Assembly (NCBI GenBank): GCA_963726455.1
Contig: CAVSCK010000003.1
Span: forward strand, 288,001 to 352,000
Source: an uncultured bacterium
GTDB taxonomy: Bacteria; Zixibacteria; MSB-5A5; CAIYYT01
Direction of reading: 5' to 3'
Length of the DNA stretch: 64,000 nucleotides
Shown here: positions 31,319 through 41,161 of the stretch, piece after piece
How positions within the stretch are numbered: the stretch's first letter is position 1
Layout of the letters: the number at the start of each line of letters is the position of its first letter
Translations under genes and position numbers: made by a program
Notes under the pieces: model-generated
What the model saw: the letters and a program-made list of their open reading frames with translations, nothing else
What the model was told of the DNA's origin: nothing
The model's database searches: none

Positions 31319-33531
31319 TTACGTCTGAGTCAGTTGCAGTCGGCGGCGGCGCACATACGATATGCCCGTTCCGACGCAGATCATCACCACTCCCAGCCAG
31401 ACCAAATTGATCAGCGGCTTCTTGGATACTTCGAGAATCAGCAAATCCATCACCTCCATGCCCGGCACGCCTGAAAACGTCAGCGAACTTTGCCGTCATC
31501 CGCCCTGACTTCCTGAAGCATCACGCTGCCGTCGCCGTTGGGCAGGTCGGCCTTGAGGAACCTCTTACCCTGGTCGGTGAATGTCATCTTCGGTACAACC
31601 TCTTGGTCGTCTCGACTGCCCGGTGACTTCCAGTACTGCGCCAACCTGCATGTCACCCGATTCGCCATGATCTGCCCATGTCGAAGTTGGCGAACTTCAC
31701 GCCATAGTCACCCATCTTGCCGCTCTCGCCTTTGCCGAGAATCAACTGATTTCCTTCACCGACGGTTTGCTGTTCCTGCGGCGACAGATAGAGGTCATAG
31801 AACAGATACTTGCGAATGTACGGTTTGCGCATCAGCCCTTGATTTTCTTTGGCAATGAACAGCTTCGGATCGGCCTCGAAAATCGTCCCCTGGTCATCAA
31901 CTTCCAGCTTGGCCGCATTGTCCTTGGTGTTCATGTCTCCGGCCATGCCCTTGTAGGCAATCTTGTATTGGAAAGCCGGTGTCGGCTTCCTGACCGGCGA
32001 TAGAGATTGACCTTCTCCGATCTGCGAAAACGCCGACGACACAACGATGCCGACCATCATGATTCCAAAACCCATGTGCGTCACGAATCCACCCCAGCGA
32101 AGGCCAACATTGCCCGGCTGTTGATAGACCACCGCGATGTTGCCAAACAACGCAAAGCAGGCGAAGAATATCATCAGCAGATACAGAATCTGGGTCACTC
32201 CAAAAATGATCGCGACAACCGTTCCAACCAGCGACAGAACCAGAGGCAACGCCAGCCGCTTCATAACGGACTGCAACGTCTTTTCCTTGGCCGACAAGAA
32301 CGGCGACACGCCTGCCAGCAGCGCGATGATAATCGCCATCGGCAGCGCGGTCGTGTTATAGAACTGCGTCGATACATTCGACGGCTTGCCAAATATCCGC
32401 GTCATCAACGGCGCCGACGTGCCGACTAAGGTCAGTACCGACAACAGCACCAGGAAAAACACGCCGATCACAATGGCGAAATCGACCGAATACGGATCCT
32501 TGATACTGGCCCCGGTCTTGGCACTTTTCGCCCGCACCACCAACAGCACCACCGACAGCGCCAGGAAGAAAACCATGAAGAAGATCAGATAGCCGGAGAT
32601 GCCAAGATCGGTAAACGAATGAACTGAGAAATCGGCCAGCACGCCTGATCTCGTCAGGAATGTGCCATATATCACCAATAAGAACGAGAACATCGCCAGC
32701 AGCAAATTCGAGCGCCGAAATACGCCTCGGCTTCGTTCAATCAACAGCCCATGCATCAACGCCAGATTGAGCAGCCACGGAATCAGCGACGCATTCTCGA
32801 CCGGGTCCCAGGCCCAGTAGCCACCCCAGCCCAGAGTCTCGTACGCCCAATATCCGCCGATAAATATTCCCGCCCCCAAAAATAGCGAACCTAGCGCCGT
32901 CCAGGGAAACGCATTCTTAACCCAGTCCTGGTAGTTGTTGCGCGCCAGCGCTCCCAGCGCATACGCAAACGGCACCGCCAGAAGCGAAAATCCGATAAAC
33001 ACGATCGGCGGATGAATCACCATCCAGTAATTCTGCAGCAGCGGATTCAAACCCTGCCCATCCGGCGGTACGCCACCGGGGAATTGCGCCAGAATCTCGG
33101 GGCTAATCGTGGCGAAAGGCGAACGTGCAACCAGCAAAGTCAGGAAGAACGAGATCACCAGCATGTAAAAGAACATCACCGCCGAATGATTCTCGGTCTC
33201 GCGCCGCAGCACGAAAATCCCGATGATGGCCATACACAACAACCAGAGCGTGAACGAACCAACCTGTCCCGCCCAGAATGTCGATATCAGAAATCCGAGC
33301 CCCAGATCGCGCGACGAATAATCATGCACGTAAATCAGCGAGAAATTGTGATTGAGAATCTTGATGCAGAAAATAGACGCTCAGCGCCACCACGGCCGCC
33401 GCGAAGACGTAGTACGCCTTGCGCGCCAGCGACACATAATTGCTGTTGTTGAAAAGCGTCATGCCGTAGCCGACGGTGGAGATAACCGCCATCGCGCAGG
33501 CAATCGCGAGAAGCGTATTTCCGATTGGCAT
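31319..33531 (-). CDS. ccmF: Cytochrome c biogenesis heme lyase CcmF, frameshifted
   Basis: FWAGQVGS, DGQGLNPLLQNYWMVIHPP, WAYETLGWGGYWAWDPVENASLIPW, SVHSF, KPLINLVWLG. Confidence 0.95.
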
Positions 33532-33534
33532 GAA

Positions 33535-33903
33535 CTAGGATTCTCCCTGATACTTCGAGGGGCATTTGATCAGCAATTGCTCGGCCTGAAAGACCTGACC
33601 GTCTATACTTGCCCACGCATACCGCATGAGTGGCCTGTCCGAAATTGCCCGGCATGGTGCCGTTGTATCTGACCAGCATCGTGACGCCGGCCGTATCGGT
33701 GATCGGAAACATTAGTTGCTTCTTATCAACATCCCAGCTGACCTTGTCATGGTCGATCGCTCCCATCACCTGCACGCGCTGCGGCTCGTTTTTGCGCTTC
33801 GTTGAAGGTGACATACGAGGTCATCGACTTGGTGAAGGACGAAAACGCCCACACGGCGACGACCGCCACAATCACCGCCGGCGATTATCAGCTTGAACTT
33901 CAT
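33535..33903 (-). CDS. ccmE: Heme chaperone CcmE, CxxxY variant, frameshifted
   Basis: N-terminal TM, VQVMG.I...V.Y.G.MP.NF, C-terminal KCPSKYQGES*. Confidence 0.85.
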
Positions 33904-34010
33904 TTCATCTTCTCCAAGTTGGAGATCTTCTTGTCGAGACGGAACAGAAACAGGAATATCCCTGCCCAGATAACCAGGTTTGCAAACATCACCGTGTAAT
34001 TACTGGTCAT
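33900..34010 (-). CDS. ccmD: CcmD-like small membrane protein (36 aa)
   Basis: Manual translation MTSNYTVMFANLVIWAGIFLFLFRLDKKISNLEKMK. Lies between ccmC and ccmE with an ATGA overlap. Confidence 0.75.
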   Translation of the reverse strand: MTSNYTVMFANLVIWAGIFLFLFRLDKKISNLEKMK

Positions 34011-34019
34011 ACAATCTTC

Positions 34020-34694
34020 CTACGCCTCTTCGGCGCGTGCCAATTGAAGTTTATGAAGCCGGATGCCCAATCCGAACATCCAGAAATAGATCACCGTAAA
34101 GCAGAACAGCGACATGAAGAAAATCGGTAATTCCGTCCTCCCCATCGTGAACTTCAGATTCTTGTCAATCACCGAATCCGCCGGATGCAACGACAGCATC
34201 ATGCGCGGCATCACGAAAATGAAGAACGGCACCGTCGGAAACGCAAAGATCGAATACGCCGAACTCAGCACGCCCTTGCGTTCCGGGTTCGGTATCGCCG
34301 CGCGCAACGACAAATACGCGCCGTATATCAGCAGCAGAATAAAAATCGACAGCATACGCGGCTCACTCCAGGTCCAATAAACACCCCAGGTAACTTGCGC
34401 GAACATCGATCCGGTTATCGTCGCCAGAACGCAGAACATCGTCCCCAGTTCCGCCGACCAGAGCGACCGATAGTCGTCAATCTCCTTTCGTGTCTTGAGG
34501 AAGCGAACCGCATAGATCAGATTTACGGCGTAGGCCAGAACCGTCATCCACGCCATCGGGATGTGATAATAGAAAATTCGCGAGGCGTCGCCGATTTGCC
34601 TCTGCGGCGCTGGCGTGGCAAAGCTGAAGTAGATTACTCCCGCCAGCACGACAAACAGACCTATTTGAAGATATCTTCTAACCATTCCACACAA
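34020..34694 (-). CDS. ccmC: Heme exporter CcmC
   Basis: RIFYYHIPMAW, ITGS.FA..TWGVYWTWSEPR, SLHP. Confidence 0.92.
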   Translation of the reverse strand: MCGMVRRYLQIGLFVVLAGVIYFSFATPAPQRQIGDASRIFYYHIPMAWMTVLAYAVNLIYAVRFLKTRKEIDDYRSLWSAELGTMFCVLATITGSMFAQVTWGVYWTWSEPRMLSIFILLLIYGAYLSLRAAIPNPERKGVLSSAYSIFAFPTVPFFIFVMPRMMLSLHPADSVIDKNLKFTMGRTELPIFFMSLFCFTVIYFWMFGLGIRLHKLQLARAEEA

Positions 34695-35353
34695 AATCGA
34701 ACAAGACCACCGACGCCGTTATCATTATAACAGCGTAGGCGGCCAAAAGTTTAAGGTGATTTTCCGCTCCCGCCCAACCGGCCTCCTCCAATGCCGCATT
34801 GGTGCCGCCCATTGCCGCCACCAATAAAGGCAATAGAACCGGAAACGACAACACCGCAAATAACGCACCGCGTACATTCGCCTTGGCGACGATCGCGCCG
34901 ATAATCGTTGTCGCCCCTGCCAGGCCGATTATCCCCAACACAATCACAACCATAAACAGCGACCAATCGGGCACGGTGACGTTCATAAAGATTACGAACA
35001 AAGGCGTTAGCAGGACGCACAGGAATCGCCAGCAACAGCATGTTGTAAATCAGCTTGCCGGCATAAATCACCGACGGTCTTGCAAAAAGCCGCAATGTCT
35101 GCGCGGTCTTGGTGTCCTCTTCCTTGACAAACACGCCCGCCAATGCCGACATCGCCGAGAAGAATATGATTATCCAATACAGTGCCGACAGTACCTGCGC
35201 CGACAGTCCGAGCTGCCCCAGTGAAAAACTGATCACCACCAGCGTCGTAAACGCAAACATGAACAGCGCATTCAGCGAATAGCGCGTCCGCAATTCGGTG
35301 CGAATATCTTTCGCCAGCACCGCCAGCGCTTTAGTCGCCCAGCCGGATGACAT
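34678..35353 (-). CDS. ccmB: Heme exporter CcmB, frameshifted
   Basis: KDIRTELRTR, F..EED..T...L, LFAVLSFPVLLPLL. Confidence 0.9.
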
Positions 35354-35956
35354 TCTCTACCTGCTTTAAGTCCTCTGATTCATTGGTCGCGATAACAACT
35401 ATTCCATCCGACTTCTGCTTCGCGATAATCTCGGCAACGATCTTCTTGCCGGCATCGTCCAGATTCGACGTCGGCTCATCCAGCAGCAAAATCCCCGGCT
35501 TGGCCAACAACACCACCGCGTATTTCAGCCGCTGCTTCATTCCCGACGAATACCCCGCTACCAGATCATCCCCACGGCCACTCAAGCCGACTCTCTCCAG
35601 CAGACTCATCCTGATCGGTGCGATTCTGCCGCACTCCCGCAAGAGTGGAAAAGAATGCGAGATTCTCATACCCGGTCAGCATCTCGTACATCGCCATCTC
35701 CGGGGAGATCATCTTGATGTGGTTGATATAATCGGCCGGTTGAATCTCGGTCTCGCCGTCAAGCACGGCAACTTTGCCCCGCGTGGCGGGCGCCAACTGG
35801 CACAGGATCTTCATGAGTGTGGTTTTGCCCGAGCCGTTGCGGCCCGTGATGCCGAGTGAACCGGGAGCGTTGACTTCGAAATTCAAGATTCTGGAAGACT
35901 TTGCGGGTGCCGAAGCTTTTGCTGAGCTTGTCGACCGATAGCGTTAACGCCACCAA
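35331..35956 (-). CDS. ccmA: ABC ATPase CcmA, frameshifted
   Basis: GRNGSGKTT, YSSGMKQRL, LLLDEPTSNLD; first gene of the ccm operon. Confidence 0.9.
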
Positions 35957-36062
35957 TTCTCCTTTGGAACCGTCACCTGTCTGTCCTGCCCTTTACGGAA
36001 AAGCAAAATATCGCAAACGCGGAGAAAAGCAACCCATCATTATTACAATTCGCTGGGCGCCG

Positions 36063-36770
36063 CTAGGTCAGTACCTGCCCCAACCGATCCCAACGCACCC
36101 GCTGGTTGAAATGAACCAGGTTATACCACAGATTCGGAAACGGGTTGAGCCAGCTCCAGGCCGGGCAGGCCGGATCGGTCGCCCACGACCAGTGCACTAC
36201 CAGCGCTTTGCCGAGAATGAACCGTTGCGGCACCGGACCCCAAAAACGCGAATCATACGAGTCGTCGCGATTGTCGCCCATCATGAAGTAGGATCCTGCG
36301 GGCACCTTATACGGCCCGAAGTTATCGCGCTGCCGGTCGATGTTCGGATCAACGTGCTTCGAAAATGGATAATCTTTGAATTCGACGCCATCAACCCAGA
36401 CCCTCTTGTCGCGCACTTCGACAACTTGTCCGCCGACGGCGATACAACGCTTGACGAAGTTGGTGGAGGAATCGCGCGGAAACTTGAACACCACGATATC
36501 GCCCGGCCGCGGGTCGCGGAGTCCTTTGAAACTCACGTCAACGAGCGGAATCCTGACATTATATATGAACTTGTTTGCCAGCAGGAAGTCGCCCACCAGG
36601 ATCGTGTCTTCCATCGAGCCGGTCGGGACATTATATGCCTCAATCACTGAGTACTTGATCAACAGCGCGCCGATCAGGGCAATCACCAGTGATTTCAAAG
36701 TGTTGAAGCCCGATACTAGCGCAGCTTTCGAGCCGGAGGCCTTTTTCTTCCTGGTCGGTGTGGTCTTCAT
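36063..36770 (-). CDS. lepB: Signal peptidase I
   Basis: VPTGSMEDT, FVKRCIA, MMGDNRDDSYDSRFWG. Confidence 0.96.
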   Translation of the reverse strand: MKTTPTRKKKASGSKAALVSGFNTLKSLVIALIGALLIKYSVIEAYNVPTGSMEDTILVGDFLLANKFIYNVRIPLVDVSFKGLRDPRPGDIVVFKFPRDSSTNFVKRCIAVGGQVVEVRDKRVWVDGVEFKDYPFSKHVDPNIDRQRDNFGPYKVPAGSYFMMGDNRDDSYDSRFWGPVPQRFILGKALVVHWSWATDPACPAWSWLNPFPNLWYNLVHFNQRVRWDRLGQVLT

Positions 36771-36778
36771 TAACTCTC

Positions 36779-37525
36779 CTAACTCACGACGCTGAACACT
36801 CTGCCCCAGCGCACGCGGCTGGACAGGTGGCGTACATTATAACCCATACTTTTCAACAATGAAAGTGGTTTTGTCATGGTCACGGGCGGCGCTTGTGCGT
36901 CCGGCGCCCACGACCAGTGGATAAACGACGCCTTGGCAATGATCAGATTCTTCGGCACGCAGCCCCAGTAGCGCGAATCCGAGGAATTGTCGCGATTATC
37001 GCCGAGCATGAAGTACTGGTCGGGCGGCACGATAATCGGCCCGAAATTGTCACGCGGCTGATTCGAACTTCTGGGCATCACGATCTGGTCGAAATGCACC
37101 GCGTAGGCCGCATCGTCGATGACGTTATGATTCACGAACAGCGTCTTGTTCACGATTTCCACCGTGTCGCCGCCGGCAGCAATGATCCGCTTGATGAGAT
37201 TCACGCGCCTGTCTTCGGGAAAGCGAAACACCACGACTTCGCCAATCCTCGGTGCATGAACTGCGGGCAGCCGAATGTTGGTGAAGGGAACGTAAGCGCC
37301 ATACACTAATTTGTTCGCCATCAGGAAGTCGCCCACCAGCAGCGTATTCTCCATCGATTCCGACGGAATCCGGTACGCTTCCACCACCGATTCCTTGATC
37401 GCGAACGCCAGGATCAGCGAAAACAACAACAGCCGGAAATAGTGCCAGAGATCCCGGCTCCTGTGTTTTCTATTTGCTGTTCCCCAGGTTGCCTGGTACC
37501 CCGATTGACTATCGTTTATTGCCAT
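36779..37525 (-). CDS. lepB: Signal peptidase I (tandem paralogue)
   Basis: IPSESMENT, LIKRIIA, MLGDNRDNSSDSRYWG. Confidence 0.96.
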   Translation of the reverse strand: MAINDSQSGYQATWGTANRKHRSRDLWHYFRLLLFSLILAFAIKESVVEAYRIPSESMENTLLVGDFLMANKLVYGAYVPFTNIRLPAVHAPRIGEVVVFRFPEDRRVNLIKRIIAAGGDTVEIVNKTLFVNHNVIDDAAYAVHFDQIVMPRSSNQPRDNFGPIIVPPDQYFMLGDNRDNSSDSRYWGCVPKNLIIAKASFIHWSWAPDAQAPPVTMTKPLSLLKSMGYNVRHLSSRVRWGRVFSVVS

Positions 37526-37574
37526 AATCCTGTAATCATTAGTCGTCAGTTCGTCAAAATCAATCAGCTTTTAT

Positions 37575-37600
37575 AACGCCGCGCCGACACTTAAGTTTCA
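37575..37600 (-). promoter_or_regulatory. Putative ECF-sigma promoter TGAAAC-N16-CGTT upstream of lepB-lepB-ccm
   Basis: Minus strand reads TGAAAC ttaagtgtcggcgcgg CGTT, resembling SigW/SigM-type promoters. Confidence 0.4.
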
Positions 37601-37769
37601 CACTAATATATTCGACGGATTTCAGCGCGAATCGGCACAGCCGCAATAAGTTCTCTTGAACATAAGTTTTACTGCTGCGTCTCAATTATGGCAGCTACCA
37701 AACAGAATATTATATTGAGCAGGGGTATCGACCGGTCATAATTTGCAGATGCTTTTGGGGAGGTTGACG

Positions 37770-39332
37770 ATGCTGCATATCGAAATTTCGACTGCACGTT
37801 TTCTTGCGGCGATTCTGATTCTGCTTGTCTGCCTGGGTATTGGCTGCACCACCTTGGAGATCCAGGGACTTGGCTATGATTACCGCCGCGAGACCTACTT
37901 AGCTACGGTGCCGAACGATTCCACGCGCGCTTATCTGCTGAAGGTTTATCGGATCATCGAAATGCTCGACGATTCACTCTCAAGGAAATTGCAATACCTC
38001 GATGCCGAATACGATCGGGCTGCTATCGACAGTCTGGTCGAGGCCTTCATACGGGAGAAGGATTTCGAGACCCGCCCCGACACTCCCAACCGTAACGAAT
38101 GGTGGGACGAAATCTGGAACGTCCGCGCGGCACACTGTGATTCGTTCTACCACACGACCGCGATGAAACAATGGTGGGATATACGCGCACGGCCCGTGAT
38201 CATGATGGGTCTTCCCGAATCCGAGCAACTAGGTGCATGCGAGACCTGCGGCCTTGGGACCTGTCAGTTTTACGCGATGGATTGGATGAGCAAAGGCCTC
38301 TGGCTGGAGTTCATCGATGCCGGCTGCGACGGTGACTACGAGGACACCGTGTCTTCGCGCGAAATCTTCGTGCAAGCGCTCGGGCCGAAACTCACTGCCT
38401 TCGTCGATCACCAGCCGAAGTTCAAGCCATATCCCGAAGTCACCAAACAAATCAAGTCCGCCGTCGATATCGTTTCCTTTCCCGACTCGGGTGGCTTTGC
38501 CCTCTGGGTCAGTTCCGGCGTAGGCCTCAATCAGTACGTCCCTGACTCGGCGCAGATGGTCAGCTTTCATCAACAGATCACGATCAATCGGATGGAGACG
38601 GTGCCAAAACTGGTCTATCTCGACAGTACGCCTTCCATGACAATGCTGCTCCCCGACACGACCGAGAAACTCGACGACTACTGGTACCCCGTCTATCTGG
38701 GCGGCTGCATCCTCGCGGCGGGAACCTATGACATCTTTCTAACATTGTACGACGACCACGCGCCGGAGCATCGCGGCGCCTACCGCGCAACCGTTACGCT
38801 GCCCACGGCACACGCATCCAAAGACATGAGCGACATCCTGGTCGCACTGAAACCCGCCGAATATACCTGGGAGGCCGGCGACAACAGAATTGTCAGGGGC
38901 AAGTATTCGTTGATGGGCAATCCCGCCTACTATCACCGCGGCGACTCAATTCACCCTTATGTCGAGTTTGACATTACCAAGTTTGCGAAACAAAAATCGG
39001 GCGAACGAGAATACTCGATAACGGCCAGTCTCTACCGCGCCAAAGAAACGTTCGGCAAACCGACAACGGAAATCGGCAGCGTTTTCGAGGTCTCCCATGA
39101 CACGCAGGACACGGGGCCATCGGCTGCCCATTTGCGCAAGCCGCGGAAGAATGATGAGGCCATGATCTTCTCCGCGTCGCGAGTGGCTGCTGATCATCAG
39201 GTGACATTCCAGGCGCCAATAGCGTTACCGAGCAATCTCCCGGCGGGGAAATATTATCTCGTGGTTGCCGTTCAGGACTCATACAGCCGCAACTATCTGA
39301 CCGGTTGGAGGGAAATCCGCATCAAGAAGTAG
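37770..39332 (+). CDS. Divergent GWxTD-domain-like lipoprotein
   Basis: Lipobox LGIGC; D..PDTPNRNEWWDEIWNVR..H.D..Y....WWDIRARPVIMMGLPE resembles the GWxTD core; Ig-like beta C-terminus (LPAGKYYLVVAVQD). Confidence 0.55.
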   Translation: MLHIEISTARFLAAILILLVCLGIGCTTLEIQGLGYDYRRETYLATVPNDSTRAYLLKVYRIIEMLDDSLSRKLQYLDAEYDRAAIDSLVEAFIREKDFETRPDTPNRNEWWDEIWNVRAAHCDSFYHTTAMKQWWDIRARPVIMMGLPESEQLGACETCGLGTCQFYAMDWMSKGLWLEFIDAGCDGDYEDTVSSREIFVQALGPKLTAFVDHQPKFKPYPEVTKQIKSAVDIVSFPDSGGFALWVSSGVGLNQYVPDSAQMVSFHQQITINRMETVPKLVYLDSTPSMTMLLPDTTEKLDDYWYPVYLGGCILAAGTYDIFLTLYDDHAPEHRGAYRATVTLPTAHASKDMSDILVALKPAEYTWEAGDNRIVRGKYSLMGNPAYYHRGDSIHPYVEFDITKFAKQKSGEREYSITASLYRAKETFGKPTTEIGSVFEVSHDTQDTGPSAAHLRKPRKNDEAMIFSASRVAADHQVTFQAPIALPSNLPAGKYYLVVAVQDSYSRNYLTGWREIRIKK

Positions 39333-39440
39333 AATGGGCGGGAAGATTGAACGAAATCGCCACTTAATCGTAAGACCATTAGATCAACAATCACGGTGCG
39401 GCACTTTAACGGCTGCTAAAACCTTGCGGAAAACTTCGGG

Positions 39441-40631
39441 ATGACGATGGAGAAGAAACTGGGACCGGTCAGATATGCCGCCTTGTGTCTCACTCACAAC
39501 TGCAACCTGCGCTGTCGCTACTGTTACGCTGGCGCTAAGACCAACAAACGCATGACATCTGTTATCGCGCGACGTGCCATTGACTTCCTTGCCGACCAGA
39601 CACCCGACAAGTGCACTGTTACCTTGTTCGGCGGCGAACCCTTGCTCGAATTCCCGTTGATCAAACAAGTCGTCAGCTATTCGCACGAACAATATCCGGC
39701 AAAGATCGACTTCCGCCTCGCCACCAACGGGACCCTGATCACGCCTGACATGCTCGACTACTTTCGCGACAACGGCATTTACTTTGCGCTGAGTCTCGAT
39801 GGCAGCCGCAGCCAGCACGACGCCGTGCGCTGTACCTCTGACGGTGGCGGCTCATATGATCTGATCAGTGCGCACTTGTCGGAAATCCTCAGCTTCAATC
39901 CGTACACGATCGCCGTCTCCGTCATTGTGCCGGAGACCGTGCCAATGCTGTCTGCCGGCGTGCAGGATCTGTTTGCCAAGGGGTTTCGGTACATTCTGCA
40001 GACGCTCGATTTTCCCGCCGGCTGGCAATCGGAAGACATTGCTGCCCTGAGCAAACAATACAGCGATCTCGCCGATTTCTATTTCACCCAGCTTAGTAAG
40101 GGCGCCAAAATCTATTACAGCCCCTTCGATGAGCGCATCAAAACCTGGGCGCAAAAACCGTACAAACCGGGCGACCTCTGCGACATGGCCAATTCGCAAA
40201 TCGCCATTGCCGCGTCGGGACGGATCTATCCCTGCGTCCAGTTCGTCAATGCCGACGATGACACCTGCCGCTCGAATTCGATCGGCAATATCTTCGACGG
40301 TCTTGATCTCGACCAACGCGAACGCTTCGTCCGCGAGAATCATCAGGAAAAGGAATCCTGCACCGGCTGCGCTCTCGATGGCCGCTGTGCCACCTACTGC
40401 GGCTGTGTCAACTGGCGCGCCACCGGCAGCATCAGCCAGGTGCCGCCGATCGTCTGCGAATATGAGCGCATGCTGATGCCCATCGTCGATCAACTGGCAA
40501 ACAAACTGTGGAAAAAGAATGTCACTCTCTTCAAACGCAAGTTCTACGAGCGCACCTTTCCGGTTTCATCCTATATTGAAGATTGTCTGATTAGCAGGAG
40601 GCAGCCCGATGCTAAGAGTCAAACAGGTTAG
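39441..40631 (+). CDS. Radical SAM/SPASM domain maturase
   Basis: CNLRCRYC, FGGEPLL, TNGTL, SLDG; SPASM C...GRIYPC...CTGC....RC...CGC.....C. Confidence 0.93.
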   Translation: MTMEKKLGPVRYAALCLTHNCNLRCRYCYAGAKTNKRMTSVIARRAIDFLADQTPDKCTVTLFGGEPLLEFPLIKQVVSYSHEQYPAKIDFRLATNGTLITPDMLDYFRDNGIYFALSLDGSRSQHDAVRCTSDGGGSYDLISAHLSEILSFNPYTIAVSVIVPETVPMLSAGVQDLFAKGFRYILQTLDFPAGWQSEDIAALSKQYSDLADFYFTQLSKGAKIYYSPFDERIKTWAQKPYKPGDLCDMANSQIAIAASGRIYPCVQFVNADDDTCRSNSIGNIFDGLDLDQRERFVRENHQEKESCTGCALDGRCATYCGCVNWRATGSISQVPPIVCEYERMLMPIVDQLANKLWKKNVTLFKRKFYERTFPVSSYIEDCLISRRQPDAKSQTG

Positions 40632-41147
40632 AAATTACCGCGTCGCGAAATACCCGCGCGCAACCTACCAACACCCGCCGACATTTGCCGTGCCCGATCT
40701 GCTGAAACACAGCGCAGCAGCTACCGTGATGATGTTCCTGCTCGAATCATGTGATTTTAGCAAGCCAACATCGGGCTTGCCGAGAGTCGACTTCGTGACA
40801 GAAACCGAGGCCCGGCAGGTCCTGAACAACGTATTGCAGCGAAACGGCATTAGCTTCAAGTCCGACGTCGTCATTAATCTCGACCTGGGCATTCACGGAA
40901 GCGGAGTTCTGGTAGTTGATGCCTATAACGATTCGCTGCGAGTGGGCTATGAATACCTGCTCGCGGAAGATGTCGGCTCCTTTGACGGCACGGTTACGAT
41001 GCGCTTGATTCTTTGGCTTGTGCCCAGGGACCATACATCGACGTGATCGCCGCGGTCACGAAGCGAGATCACTTTGAGCACTACCAACTGCTCGACTCGA
41101 CCATGCAGCAGTTTCTCGACACACTGCGCGCCCACGGAGTTATTTAG
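40609..41147 (+). CDS. Radical SAM-associated putative lipoprotein, frameshifted near 41000
   Basis: N-terminal VKQVRNYRVAKYPR leader, lipobox-like LLESC, TETEARQVLNNVL...G, DAYNDSLRVGYEY. Second frame ends QQFLDTLRAHGVI*. Confidence 0.6.
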
Positions 41148-41161
41148 GCGCGACTCCCGAC

